Origin: Octopus vulgaris
Lineage: Eukaryota
NCBI GenBank assembly: GCA_951406725.2
Contig: OX597825.1
Location: 45,446,001 to 45,510,000 of the forward strand
Direction: 5' to 3'
Length of the DNA: 64,000 nt
Shown here: positions 1-12,195 of the stretch, piece after piece
Layout of the letters: each line of letters opens with the position of its first letter
How positions within the stretch are numbered: the stretch's first letter is position 1
The notes under the pieces: generated by a model
Told to the model about the DNA's origin: nothing
Databases searched by the model: none
Seen by the model: the letters and a program-made list of their open reading frames with translations, nothing else
Program-made: the position numbers and the translations under genes

Positions 1-164
1 AACTCTCAAGTCCGCAGGTGGTCGGTCTGCACAGATGGAACCACGAATGGTTCACTATCTCCAGTGACTTCGCACAGGGCTGCCATGGTTCGTGATGCCG
101 TCAGGACCAGAGAAAAAGCCAGCTCAACTTGCCCTGGGTGAACGCCATCACAAGTATAAGTACA

Positions 165-620
165 AGTAAAAGAACAGTTTTTCACTCAGAGCAGCTGAGA
201 GAGATGCTTAAAAGGTGAAGCACATGACACTTCTTCAGAGCTGCATACAAGCAAAGTGGAAACGGGATTGTGGAGCACAAACAGCATACAATTAAAGCCA
301 TGGCTGAGAGGGGACGAATGTCCCCCATGGAGGCAGTCTTCTGGTACAACATGTTGCTCAACATAGGGAAAGCCAAAGAGTTGATCCCACAAAGGGCCAT
401 ATTCTGGTACAAATGGAGACACCCGAGCATGGTGCCGAAGCACCCAGAGGTAGAAGAGGTTACATCTGTGCAGGATGGAGATGAAGCGTGGGTGAAGCCC
501 CTAAACGCTCAGTGCACAACACACTGGAAAGAAGGAAAGGTAACTGCAAGCAGTACTCCCAATAATGTATCAGTGGATGGAATGCTGTGTCACATCCTGA
601 ATATTTGAAGGGTGCTTAGC
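165..620 (+). pseudogene. Gypsy-type LTR retrotransposon integrase C-terminal fragment
   Basis: Reads ...RAAYKQSGNGIVEH..TIKAMAER...EAVFWYN...WRHP...GDEAWVKP...VSVDG, resembling the end of the integrase core plus a GPY/F-like tail. It contains stops and no LTR was recognised. Confidence 0.6.
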
Positions 621-1571
621 TCATCCAAAGGGGTGGGAGGAGTTGGCTCCGTGACCATACGGAGATCTCAAAGGGGATATCACTTCCCACCCCAGGTGGA
701 TGGACAATTAGGAAACAGAACAGGGAAATAATGATCTTTAGATCAGAGGGGCATGTGGTGGAAGGGTAACTGACCGGAAGGGAGTGGGAGAGACAGTGCA
801 TGGTAGAAGGGTAATTGACCAGAAAGGAGAGGGAGAGACAGAACAAGAAGACTGGAAGGGACAAGATAACATCATGTTGGTGAGCAACAAGGGAAGTTTC
901 CCTCTTTTCTATGTGGTCAACGGTAGAGGCCGGACATGATGTGAAGAGATCAGTCGAGTCAATATGTGATAACAACTGAACAATCTGCTGGTGGTACCTG
1001 ATTACCTTTAAACCACAGGCTAAATATCTGGAAAATATTTTTTTCCTTGCATCATTTTCATTTATGACTCTTGTCATTGGGTCTATGAAAGATAAATGAC
1101 TGAAATCCGCAAATTTTGAAGGGTTTTATTTATTCTGCACAATTTCTGAAAAAAATTAATTTTAACTTTTGTAAAATCTTCAAATCTTGAGGAATTTCAT
1201 TTATTTATTTTATCTAAGATCAAATTTTAAATCCACTCATCACAAATTACAAAATAAAGGTGATCATAATTTCAATTGGAGAGCTATAATTTTGTGTGTG
1301 AGCATGGCATATGGAGATTTCTAATGAATTTTTTTTCTTTTTCTCTCTAAATTTCAACTTTTCACACCTATTTCAATGTTGATGTCAAGCCACAAATTAT
1401 TTTCGTGTTGTGTATACAGTATATAGAAATAACAAATAATTTGTATGGAAATATTACCCAATCAAAATTGTATTGAATTATGGTTGAGTCATAACGAACC
1501 GCCCACTTTCTATCTCTCTCTCTCTTCTCCCTCTCCTCTCTCTCTCTCTCTCCTCTCCACCCTCTCTCTCC

Positions 1572-1790
1572 TTTCACTTGGCTTGCCGGGTCTTCTCACA
1601 CACAGCATATTTCCAAAGGTCTCGGTCACTAGTCATTTCCTCAGTGAGTCCTAATGTTCAATGGTCATGCTTCACCACTCATCCCAGGTCTTCTTGGATC
1701 TAGCTCTTCCACAAGTTCCCTCAACTGCTAGGGTGTGGCACTTTTTCACACAGCTATCCTCATGTACTCTCGCCACATGACCATACCAAC
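1572..1790 (-). mobile_element. RTE LINE fragment (C-terminal ORF end)
   Basis: Reverse complement matches 11220-11440 of the RTE copy (WYGHV...VKKCHTLAVEG...KHD..TLGLTEEMTSDRD.WKYA). Confidence 0.8.
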
Positions 1791-2000
1791 ATATATATAT
1801 ATATATATATATATCAGTTTTATAATAAATCAATCTCTGTTTCAACATCTCTCCATTTTTTTAATACTTGTTTATGGTATATTCTTATACCTATAAAGAA
1901 TCTCCGCAAATATCACCTTTTTTCTCTTTTTGGATCCCCCAAAAAGTTTGAATTGTTCTTTTTGAACTTACCTTTTCTCATATATGGATATATATATATA

Positions 2001-2335
2001 TAATACAAATAAGAAAATGGAGAAACAAATTCAGTTTGTTCATCAACTTACGGATATTATAGTGCTAGATTATTTATTCATTTTACAAATGAGAACATCA
2101 AAAGCATACTAAATATTATATAAATCAATAAATAATATAATATGAATACAGATTTTAAAAGTCATATTATAAATTATTGAAATCCATAAACTACTTCTTA
2201 CAGCTGTTTCAGCCTATGGTCAAAAGTGAGTCCAATTTACATTGCCGATAGATATCAATATATTAGGGTTGTAGGCATTTAAACAATATAATACATATAT
2301 GTTAAAAGAACCATAGGCCTCATCAGAGGATATAA
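2001..2335 (-). mobile_element. Non-coding hammerhead-bearing repeat, family B, copy 1
   Basis: Homologous in reverse orientation to 17690-17981; shared blocks include ATATCCGTAAGTTGATGA, TCTTATTTGTATTA and the HHR core. Confidence 0.65.
2195..2330 (-). ncRNA. Type I hammerhead ribozyme motif with expanded stem II
   Basis: Minus strand: TCCT-CTGATGA-GGCCTATGGT-(89 nt)-ACCATAGGCT-GAAA-CAGCTG-TA-AGAA. Stem II is 10 bp, stem III is the palindrome ACAGCTGT, and stem I has one mismatch. Confidence 0.6.
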
Positions 2336-2419
2336 TTAACTGGCGATGTGGATTTCCACCTCGGCATCCGAAACTCAGAGTTTTATCTTGGCTTCCGAAT
2401 AATTGTCACATATTATATA

Positions 2420-2488
<69 letters not shown>

Positions 2489-2520
2489 TATATATATATG
2501 TGTATATATATATATATATA

Positions 2521-3689
2521 TCCTCCCGTCTGTCTTGATAGACAATGGGTCGCGCCAAGGGTGGGGCCTACTTTGATGATGAGCAGTGTCTGCTGTGACT
2601 GAACAGTCCAATTCTGAGTGGCAGTCCCTGGTACAGTTGCTGCACACGAACATCGATGGGTACGTGTGGGGTGTTGCTGCAGTTGTCCTCCTCCTGTCCC
2701 GCCTGTCCGACCACAGCTGTGCTCTCCTTTCCTCAGCCATGGAAACGCCTTTCCTCACTGTCCGACGCCAGGCAGAGCGGTCAGCAGCTGTTACCTCCCA
2801 CGTGTCCACACAGATGTTGGCAGTCCTCAGGTTGCGCTTGCACACATCCCTGTATCGTAGCTGTGGACGTCCCTTGGGTCGGGATCCCGTGGTGAGTTCG
2901 CTGTACAGGATGTCTTTAGGCATGCGACCGTCCTGCATGCGGCAGACGTGTCTGAGCCAGCGCAGTCGTCTCCGCACGAGGAGGGCATGCATGCTTGGCA
3001 TATTAGTCTGTTCTAGGATGACTCCGTTTGGTCCTCGGTCCTTCCAGGAGATGCCTAGGATCCGTCGAAGACACCGCATGTGGAAGCCGCTGAGGCGGCA
3101 TTCTTGCCGGGTGTATGTTGTCCAGCTCTCACTGCCGTAGAGTAGGGTCTTCAGCACGCAGGCTCGGTACACTGCGATCTTGGTGGTTATTGTGAGCATG
3201 TTGTTTTCCCACACTCTCCTGGAGAGCTTAGCCATGGCAGCGGCAGCCTTCCCAATCCATCTGTTCAGCTCCGGCTCGAGGGACAGGCTGCTGGAGACCG
3301 TCGATCCCAGGTAAGTGAACTCGTTCACCACCTGCAAGCTGTGGTCGCCGACACTGATGCTGGGGGCCCCTCCGACGTCCTGGCCCATGATCTCTGTCTT
3401 TTTCAGGCCGATGGTAAGGCCGAACTCTCGGTAGGCATCCGCCAGGGAGCTGACCAGCCTCTGGAGACCCGGCTGGTTGTGTGATGTTAGGGCGGCATCG
3501 TCAGCAAAGAGGATCTCTCTGATCAGCACCTGACGGACTTTGGTCTTAGCTCTGAGGCGCGCAAGATTGAACAATCCACCATCAGCCCTGGTGTGGAGGA
3601 ACACTCCGTCGTCGGATGTTCTGAAGGCATAGGACAGGACAAGGGAGAAGAAAATTCCGAAGAGCGTCGGCGCCAGAACGCAACCCTGT

Positions 3690-3690
<1 letters not shown>
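2521..3690 (-). mobile_element. 5'-truncated RTE (BovB-like) LINE, RT C-terminal half, embedded in (TA)n
   Basis: Motifs [55 protein letters not shown] and a terminal C-x2-C. GC-rich and flanked on both sides by (TA)n. Confidence 0.9.
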
Positions 3691-3720
<30 letters not shown>

Positions 3721-3800
3721 GTATGTATATATATATATATATGTATGTATGTATATATATATATATATATATATATAAATATATATATGTATGTATATAT

Positions 3801-5153
3801 ATTCAAAATGTGACCGCATGTGTACCGTTGGTGATTTTTTTTCCTCCGTCTTCCCTTCCTTGGATCTTTCCTTTTCCTATGTTAAATCCTCCTTCTTTCT
3901 TTCCTTTTCTGAGCGTCCAATAACACTATACTTGTTCCACGTCATCGCCTTGTTGTGTTTTCATGTTTGAATTAACTTTATATACCGCACACTCACACGG
4001 ACCCCAGCCTTCTGACTGACTTGGATAACCAATTCCTGAATTTTACACCTACAGTTTACTGTTACCATTCATCCAGAGTATGCCACTGTAATCGTGATTG
4101 GAAATCAAAAAATTTGTCCATGACTCTTCTACTTTTCCTCGTCCTCTGTTTACCTTTCTTCTTCTACTTCCCCTTTTCTACTTGTGTCACGACCATTTAC
4201 ACCTACACAGCCATTCACACCTTTTCACCATGCCTGACTTGCACTCCTTCCTCCAACACCTTCAATCCTTTCTTTGCCGTTTTCTTGCCTCTTTCTCCCC
4301 CAATGCTTGCAACCCGCAAAAAAACTCTCTCACTTTTTAAAAAAACTCGCCACTCTAGCCATCTCTCCTTTCTTAGCTGTTGCCTCCGCCAGCACATCAC
4401 ACCCAGTGGTTTCCTCTTGAAGTTCCATGCCACCCCCTTATTCCTCCACCCTCATCGAACCCACCTTCGCCCGCACTTCCCGCCTCCTCATCCGTGACAC
4501 CATCCGTTCCACCTGCTCCCTCCTTCACTCTCTTGACCACCAACTTCCCCAGGCTTACTTCCTCCTCTCCTCCCTCTGCCCTCCACCCTTCACCCAACCC
4601 ATTCTCTGCTTCATTCTTAATCTCAACCACCAACTCCAAATGTTCCTCACACACACAAAAAACAAAAAACTCCACCACCTCCTCAACCCTTCACCTCATT
4701 CCCCTCCCACACCCCTACACACTCCCCGACTCAATCCAATCTCGCACCCACCACAACCTTCCCCCCTGCACACACCACAGACCCACACACATCCTACCCT
4801 GACTTTCCCACCCTACCCCATCTTCACCCAACCATTCCAACCCTCCTCCCCACACCTCTGCACCCCCTCTTCCTGACCCCACTCACCTCACCACTCTGCT
4901 CCCTTGCACTGTTGTCACTATATCATCCGACCTCCCCCCCATTCAAAATGTGACCGCGTGTGTACCATTGGCGATTTTTTTTTCTCCGTTTTCCCTTCCT
5001 TGGGTCTTTCCTTTTCCTATGTTTCTGACAAAGAGCTCCGCTCAAAACGTTAAATCCTCCTTCTTTCTTTCCTTTCCTGAGCGTCCAATAACACTATACT
5101 TGTTCCACATCCTCGCGTTGTTGTGTTTTCTCTTTGTGTTTTCAGGTTTGGAT

Positions 5154-5158
<5 letters not shown>
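3801..5158 (+). mobile_element. Internally deleted Penelope-like element with direct pseudo-LTRs
   Basis: Direct repeats 3801-~3980 and 4941-5158 (ATTCAAAATGTGACCGC...). The internal frame has HLSFLSCCLRQHITPSGFLLKFH, typical of PLE N-termini, and the 3' repeat holds a decayed HHR. Confidence 0.65.
5021..5055 (+). ncRNA. Decayed minimal hammerhead ribozyme in the pLTR
   Basis: GTTT-CTGACAA-A-GAGC-TCC-GCTC-AAAA-CGTT-AAAT. Two G>A changes at CpG sites relative to CTGACGA/CGAAA; stem III is the palindrome AACGTT. Confidence 0.5.
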
Positions 5159-5202
<44 letters not shown>

Positions 5203-5209
5203 ATCTATC

Positions 5210-8200
5210 CATCATCATCATCATCATCACCATCGTTTAACGTCCGTTTTCCGCGCTAGCACGGGCTGGACGGTTCGACCGGGGTCTGGGAAGCCAGAGG
5301 CTGCTCCAGGCTCCAGTCTGATCTGGCAGAGTTTCTACGGCTGGATGCCCTTCCTAACGCCAACCACTCCGCGAGTGTAGTGGGTGCTTTTTACGTGCCA
5401 CCTGCACAGGTGCTGGGGGGGGGGGGTCCGGCATTGGTCACGATCGGTTGGAGCTTTTAACGTGCCAGCGGCACGGAAGCCAGCATAGCTGGCAACGTTC
5501 GGATGGTCTTTTTATGTGCCACCGGCACAGGAGCCAGTCGGGGCGGTGCTGGCATCGGCCACATTCGGATGGTGCTTTTTATGTGCCACGGGCACAGGCA
5601 TCACAACTACTATTTCCATTGATATTTATTTCGACGTTCATGTTCATGTACTTGACTCAACAGGTCTCCTCAAGCACAGTGGGATGTTCTGGGATCCAGG
5701 ATACTTTGAATGGGCAGGGGCTATGCAGAACTGATGCAGGAAGCAGCCCGGGTCTTTGCAGTCACAGCATATCTCCAGAGATCTCGGTCCTTCGCCATTG
5801 CCTCAGTGAGGCCCAACACTCTGAGGTCATGCTTGACTACCTCATCCCATGTCTTCCTGGGTTTACCTCTCCCCCTGATACCTTCAACTGTTTGGGAGTG
5901 GCACTTCTTCACACATCTCTCCTCATCCATCCGCAGCACATGACCATACCATTGCAAGCGTCGCTCTTGCACACCACATCTGATGCTTCTTATATCCAGC
6001 ATTTCTCTCAGGGTGCTTACACTCTGTCGTGCATGCACACTGACATTACACATCCAGCGGATCATGCTAGCTTCATTTCTTTCAAGTCTACGCATGTCCT
6101 CTGCAGTCACAGCCCATGTTTCACTACCGTGAAGCATGGCAGTTCGCACACATGCATCATACAATCTACCTTTCGCTCTGAGGGAGAGACCCTTTGTCGC
6201 CAGTAGGGGTAGGAGCTTTCTGAACTTTGCCCAGGCTATTCGTATTCTAGTGGTGATACTCTCTGTGCATCCACCTCTACTACTAACTTGGTCATCCAGG
6301 TAGCGGAAACTATCAACTACTTCTAGTTTCTCTCCCTGGAGTGTGATGGAATCTGTTTTCTGAGTGTCTGTGGTGTCTATTGTCCCTGTGCATCTGCCGC
6401 ACATGAAAGCTATCTTATCTGTTGATTTCCCTTTAATGTTGCTGCACCTCTTGTGCATCCATAGCTTACATTGGGTGTATCTTATGGAGTTTCTACCTAC
6501 ACCTTTCCTACAGATCGAGCAGGGTCACCTGCCCGAGGGGGTGTGTGTGCTGAGTTTGCTTTTCTGCTTACTATAACTCTGGTCTTTGCTACATTTACTC
6601 TAAGGCTCTTTGATTCTAACCCTTGCTTCCACACCCGAAATTTCTTTTCTAGTTCCGGTGGTGATTCTGCTATGAGAGCCAGGTCATCAGCATAGAGGAG
6701 CTCCCAGGGGCATCCTGTTTTGAATTCCTCTGTTATTGCCTGGAGGACTATGAAGAATAAAAGGGGACTGAGGGCTGAGACTTGGTGCACACCTACTTCT
6801 ACCCGGAATTCTTCACTATATTCGTTGCCAATCCTAACCATGCTGACAGCCTCTCTGTATAGAGCCTGTACAGCCCTTATTAGCCATTCGTCAATCTCCA
6901 GTTTCTGCATCGACACCAGATAAGGGAACGGGGAACCCTGTCAAAGGCTTTCTCCAAGTCCACAAAAGCTATGTAGAGGGGTTTATCTTTAGCTAGGTAC
7001 TTCTCCTGCAGTTGTTGGACCAGGAATATAGCATCGGTGGTGCTTCTACCCGGCACAAAATCGAACTGCATTTCATCTAAGCAAATTCTCTCCCTAATGA
7101 GATGGGTTATGACCCTCTCTGTGACCTTCATCACATGATCCAACAGTTTGATACCCCTGTAGTTATTTCTATCTAGAGCATCACCCTTACCCTTGTAGCA
7201 GTTGACTATGGTGCTGCTACGCCAGTCATTGGGTATGACTCCATTATGAACTACCTGGTTTACAATGTGGGTGACTAGGCCATAGCCCACATAGCCAGCT
7301 GTTTTAAGCATCTCAGCAGTGATTCCTGATGGGTCGGGGGCTTTACCTGGTTTCATATCCTTAATTGCCTTAACTACAAGGGAGCTGTCTATTCGGGTAG
7401 CTGGTCCCTCTACTGGGTCAATATTTGGCAGGCTCTCCTCCTCCCATTCATTCTCCTCATTCAGCAGTCTTTCATAATGGCTTCTCCAAGCCTCTTTCTT
7501 TTCACTAACAGTAAAAGCAAGTGCCCCATCATCCATGCGGACACATTTCTCTCCTGTAACATCACTATTTTCTCTGACACACTGTCTGGCAATCCGAAAT
7601 ACCTCAGCTCTTTGGTCCTCACGTCGCTGGACATTGGCAAACTTCTTCTTTTCTGCTACATCTTTGGCTATGTATACCTGCCGCCCAGCCCCCCTTTTGG
7701 CTACCTGGTACAGTTCCCTGCTACCCCCATCCCTCCAGACTTTCCAGGCCTGTCTCTTTGCACTAATGGCTTTGTCTACTGCACTATTCCACCACCACGT
7801 AACTCTAGGTCTGGAAGGGACTTTGCACCATCCACAGACTTGGTCTGTGACACTCAGCAAGCTGTCCCATAGGAATTCCCAGCTACCTTCTATGTCTGAC
7901 GTCTGAAGCTCCTCCTCCCTCCCATCAAATTTCTTGATGAGTATGTCCCTAAATCTCTGACCATGTGAAGGGGTCTTTAGCTTCCAAATCCTTTTCTGGA
8001 TTGGTTTGTTTCTTGGAGTCCTTCTGGCCTCAAGCTTAAAGTCACTGATGATTAGTCTATGCTGAGGGATACATTCTTCACCTGGGAGGGTCTTTGTATT
8101 CAAGAGCGACCCTGCATCCCGCTGTCTGGTGAGGATGAAGTCTATTTGGCTAGCGGAGACTCCTGACTGATAGGTTATAAGGTGGCAGTCAGGCTTCTTG

Positions 8201-8450
8201 AAGTTAGTGTTGCAGATTAAAAGGTTACATGCATCACAGAATTCCAGTAGTCTAGTTCCCTCATCATTTTTGGTGCCAATACCATGGTCACAGTGTACCC
8301 CAGTGAAGATACCTGATTCCCGCCCAAAATGCCCATTAAAATCTCCACCCACAAAGATGAGGTCCTTGCCACTAGTCTTTGAAGTAGCCTGTAGAAGGGT
8401 ATCATAAAAGTGGTCTTTCTGATCATTTGGTAGTCCCGCTTGTGGGGCAT
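5210..8450 (-). mobile_element. RTE LINE, 5'-truncated within the AP endonuclease, frameshifted
   Basis: ORF pieces 6880-8450 ([33 protein letters not shown]), 6497-6916 (LLYADDL) and 5721-6458. 3' UTR ends in a (GAT)n tail at ~5210. Confidence 0.93.
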
Positions 8451-8482
8451 CCATATATATATATATATGGATATATACATAT

Positions 8483-8539
<57 letters not shown>

Positions 8540-8548
8540 TACCCATAT

Positions 8549-8584
<36 letters not shown>

Positions 8585-8710
8585 TTATATATATATAGAT
8601 ATATAAATATATGGATATACATATATATGGTTTTATATATATATATGGATATATATATAATTATGGATATATATGTATATGGTTATATATATATAGATAT
8701 ATAAATATAT

Positions 8711-8752
<42 letters not shown>

Positions 8753-8959
8753 ATATGTAGTGAATCTTGCATGCATGAAGTGGATTTGATCCACCATAGC
8801 CAAATTTAAATTAACACTGCAACAGAACTGTTCACATGATGGAACAATGGTTTTTCTCTGACAGCAGTTTAACATTTTCCAGATGCCTTTAGCTAGGCCA
8901 AAATAATGATTTCACTACTTGACCCTTTCTAATCTCCTAAAGCTAGAATAGAGATAACA

Positions 8960-9350
8960 AGACCACCAACTAAATCTATTGTTCTCAATGATATATCTAT
9001 CCTTCTGGATCTTTATATAAGCAAGCACACCCCAAGCAAAATCAGTTAGTGACTTGTAGACATCTGAACGAGGCAGCTCGTGACAGCTCATGACGACTCA
9101 ATTAGTTAAGGAAAGGACTGCTAGAATCATGATCACAAGGAGTACCTCTACTAAATTTAATGGTCAGCAGGAGTAATAAAAATTACTGTCAGCAGCTGTG
9201 AGACAACACCCTACAATTCTCTCTAGCTCTAATTCTGTTCTCTTACAACATCATTCTATCTGTCTCTGCAATTATTACTAAACAATGAAGAGGACACAAA
9301 CACAAACCATTTTTGAACTTGGCATACTAATCACAAGTGGTTCTTTCAGC
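8960..9350 (+). pseudogene. Possible highly decayed Penelope-like GIY-YIG C-terminus
   Basis: TQTIFELGILITSG resembles the PLE terminal motif EQ.LIF.LGTL.P.G; upstream LYIS resembles LYIG. Weak. Confidence 0.3.
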
Positions 9351-9418
9351 TATGGCACCCTCTCCATACACAACATTAAATATATGTGTATATGCATATA
9401 TTTATATATTATTTATAT

Positions 9419-9460
<42 letters not shown>

Positions 9461-9611
9461 TAGGTATACACATACATTCATGTACATACACAAACATATA
9501 TATATAAGCACATACAAACACCCATATACATATATATATACACATACACATGCATACACATGCATATATATATATTTGTATACATATATATATATATATG
9601 TGTGTGTGTGT

Positions 9612-12020
9612 GTTGCAAGACAGTGTGTAGAGAGAATCGTGATGTGGTAGGAGAGAAATGTGTTCGTGTGGATGATGGTTCACTTGCGCTAAATGAGGAT
9701 GCAAAGAGAGAGGTTTGGAGACGCCACTATGAAAGGTTGCTGAATAAAGAAAATGAATGAGATAAAGAGAGTCTGCCGAATGTCGACCCAACAGAGGGAC
9801 CAGCTATCCGATTTGACAGTTCCTTAATAGTTAAAGCAATTAGAAGCATGAAGACAGGGAAAGCCCCAGGCCCATCAGGAATTACTGCAGAGATGCTCAA
9901 AATATCTGGTAGTATCAGCTATAGCCTAGTCACCCATATAATTAACCAGGTGATACATGAAGGAGTCATACCCATTGACTGGTGTAGCAGCATAATAGTC
10001 AACTGCTACAAAGGTAAAGGTGACACCCTAGATACAAATAATTACAGAGGTATCAAGCTGTTGGATCAGGTAATGAAGGTTACGGAGAGGGTCATAGCCC
10101 AACTGATTAGGGAGAAAGTCAACTTGGATGAGACGCAGTTTGGTTTCGTGCCAGGGAAAAGCACCACTGATGCCATATTTCTGATGAGATAGCTGCAGGA
10201 GAAATACCTAGCCAAAGATAAGCCTCTGTACCTGGCTTTCGTTGACATGGAGAAAGCCTTTGACAAGGTCCCGTGATCCCTTATCTGGTGGTCAATGAGG
10301 AAACTAGGGATAGATGAATGGTTAGTGAGAGCTGTGCAAGCCATGTACAGGGACACTGTAAGTAAGGTAAGGGTTGCCAACGAGTGCACTGAAGAATTCA
10401 AGGTAGAGGTTGGGGACCACCAGGGTTCAGTCCTCAGTCCCCTCCTATTTATCATAGTCCTCCAGGCAATAACGGAGGAATTCAAGACAGGATGCCCCTG
10501 GGAGCTCCTATATGCTGATGACCTTGCTCTAATTGCTGAGTCACTATCAGAACTAGAGGAGAAGTTTCAAGTGTGGAAACAAGGATTAGAATCGAAGGGC
10601 CTTAAAATCAACCTAGCTAAAACCAAAGTCCTAATAAGTATGAAGGCAGGCAAACCACAAATCCCTTCAGGTAGATGGCCCTGCTCGATCTGTAGTAGAG
10701 GCATAGGTAGAAACTCTATAAGATGTACCCAGTGTAAGCTATGGACACATAAAAGGTGCAGTAATATCAAAGGAAGGCTAACTGGGAAGATAGTTTTTGT
10801 ATGTGGCAGATGCTTGGGAGCAATAAACACTGAAAATGCGCAGAGACCAACTTCCACCACATTCCAAGGAGAAAAACTAGTAGTTGATAGCTTCCGTTAT
10901 CTAGGTGACCAAGTTAGTAGTGAAGGAGGGTGCGCTGAAAGTGTAGCTGCTAGAATAAGAATAGCCTGGGCAAAGTTCAGAGAGCTCTTACCTCTGCTGG
11001 CAACAAAGGGCCTCTCGCTCAGAGTAAAAGGTAGACTGTATGACGCATGTGTATGAACAGCCATGCTACAAGGCAGTGAAACATGGGCTGTGACTGCTGA
11101 GGACATGCGTAAGCGCACAAGGAATGAAGCCAGTATGATCAGATGGATGTGTGATGTGTGATGTCAGAGAAAAGTTGGACCTAAGAAGCATTAGATGTGG
11201 TGTGCAAGAGAGATGACTGCGCTGGTATGGTCATGTGGCAAGAATGGATGAGGATACCTGCGTGAAAAAGTGCCACACCCTAGCGGTTGAGGGAAGCTGT
11301 GTAAGAGGTAGACCCAGGAAGACCTGGGATGAAGTGGTGAAGCACGACCATCGAACATTAGGCCTCACCAAGGAAATGACTAGCGACCGAGACTTTTGGA
11401 AATATGCTTTGCTTAAGAAGACCCGGCAAGCCAAATGAGACCATGACCAGTGGCTTATGCCAGGAGCGTAACCAGCCCGCTTATGCATACCTTTTCCTTC
11501 TTTGGTCACTAAACTCTGACTGGCATCCATGCTAGCGGGGTGCAAAGAGCACCATACGAGTGTGATCGTTGACAGAGCGGCTATTCGAGTATGATCGTTA
11601 CCAGCGTTTGCCTTACTGGCACTTATGCCTGTGCTAGTAGGGTGCCAAAAGCACCATCCGAGCGTGATTGTTACCAGAGCAGCCAACTGGCTTCCGCACC
11701 CGTGGCACGTAAAAGGGCACCATTCGGGCATGATCGTTACCAACGTCGCTTTACTGGCACCTGTGCCGGTGGCATGTATAAAAAGATTCGAGCGAGGTCG
11801 TTGCCAGTGCCGCCTGACTGGACCCCATGCCGGTGGCACGTAAAAAGCACCCACTACACTCTCGGAGTGGTTGGTTTTAGGGAGGGCATCCAGCTGTAGA
11901 AACTCTGCCAGATCAAGATTGGAGCCTGTTGCAGCCATCTGGCTTGCCAGCCCTCAGTCAAAATCGTCCAACCCATGCTAGCATGGAAAGCGGACGTTAA
12001 ACGATGATGATGATGATGAT
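9612..12020 (+). mobile_element. RTE LINE, 5'-truncated, same family as 5210-8450
   Basis: ORF pieces 9848-10192, 10295-11056 (QGSVLSPLLF, YADD) and 11235-11438 with stops; 3' UTR ends GGACGTTAAAC(GAT)n. Confidence 0.93.
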
Positions 12021-12109
12021 ATACAGATATGTATACATACACAATCACACACATATACACTCACGTACACACATACATACATACATACATACATACATAC
12101 ATACATACA

Positions 12110-12140
<31 letters not shown>

Positions 12141-12195
12141 GTATTCACATACATATACGTATAAAAAGTCCCATATAGATATATGAATATATATA

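Noticed and set aside
616-1077. 153 aa minus-strand ORF and similar short ORFs antisense to TEs
   Set aside because: No recognisable motifs or splice context; these are low-complexity or shadow frames.
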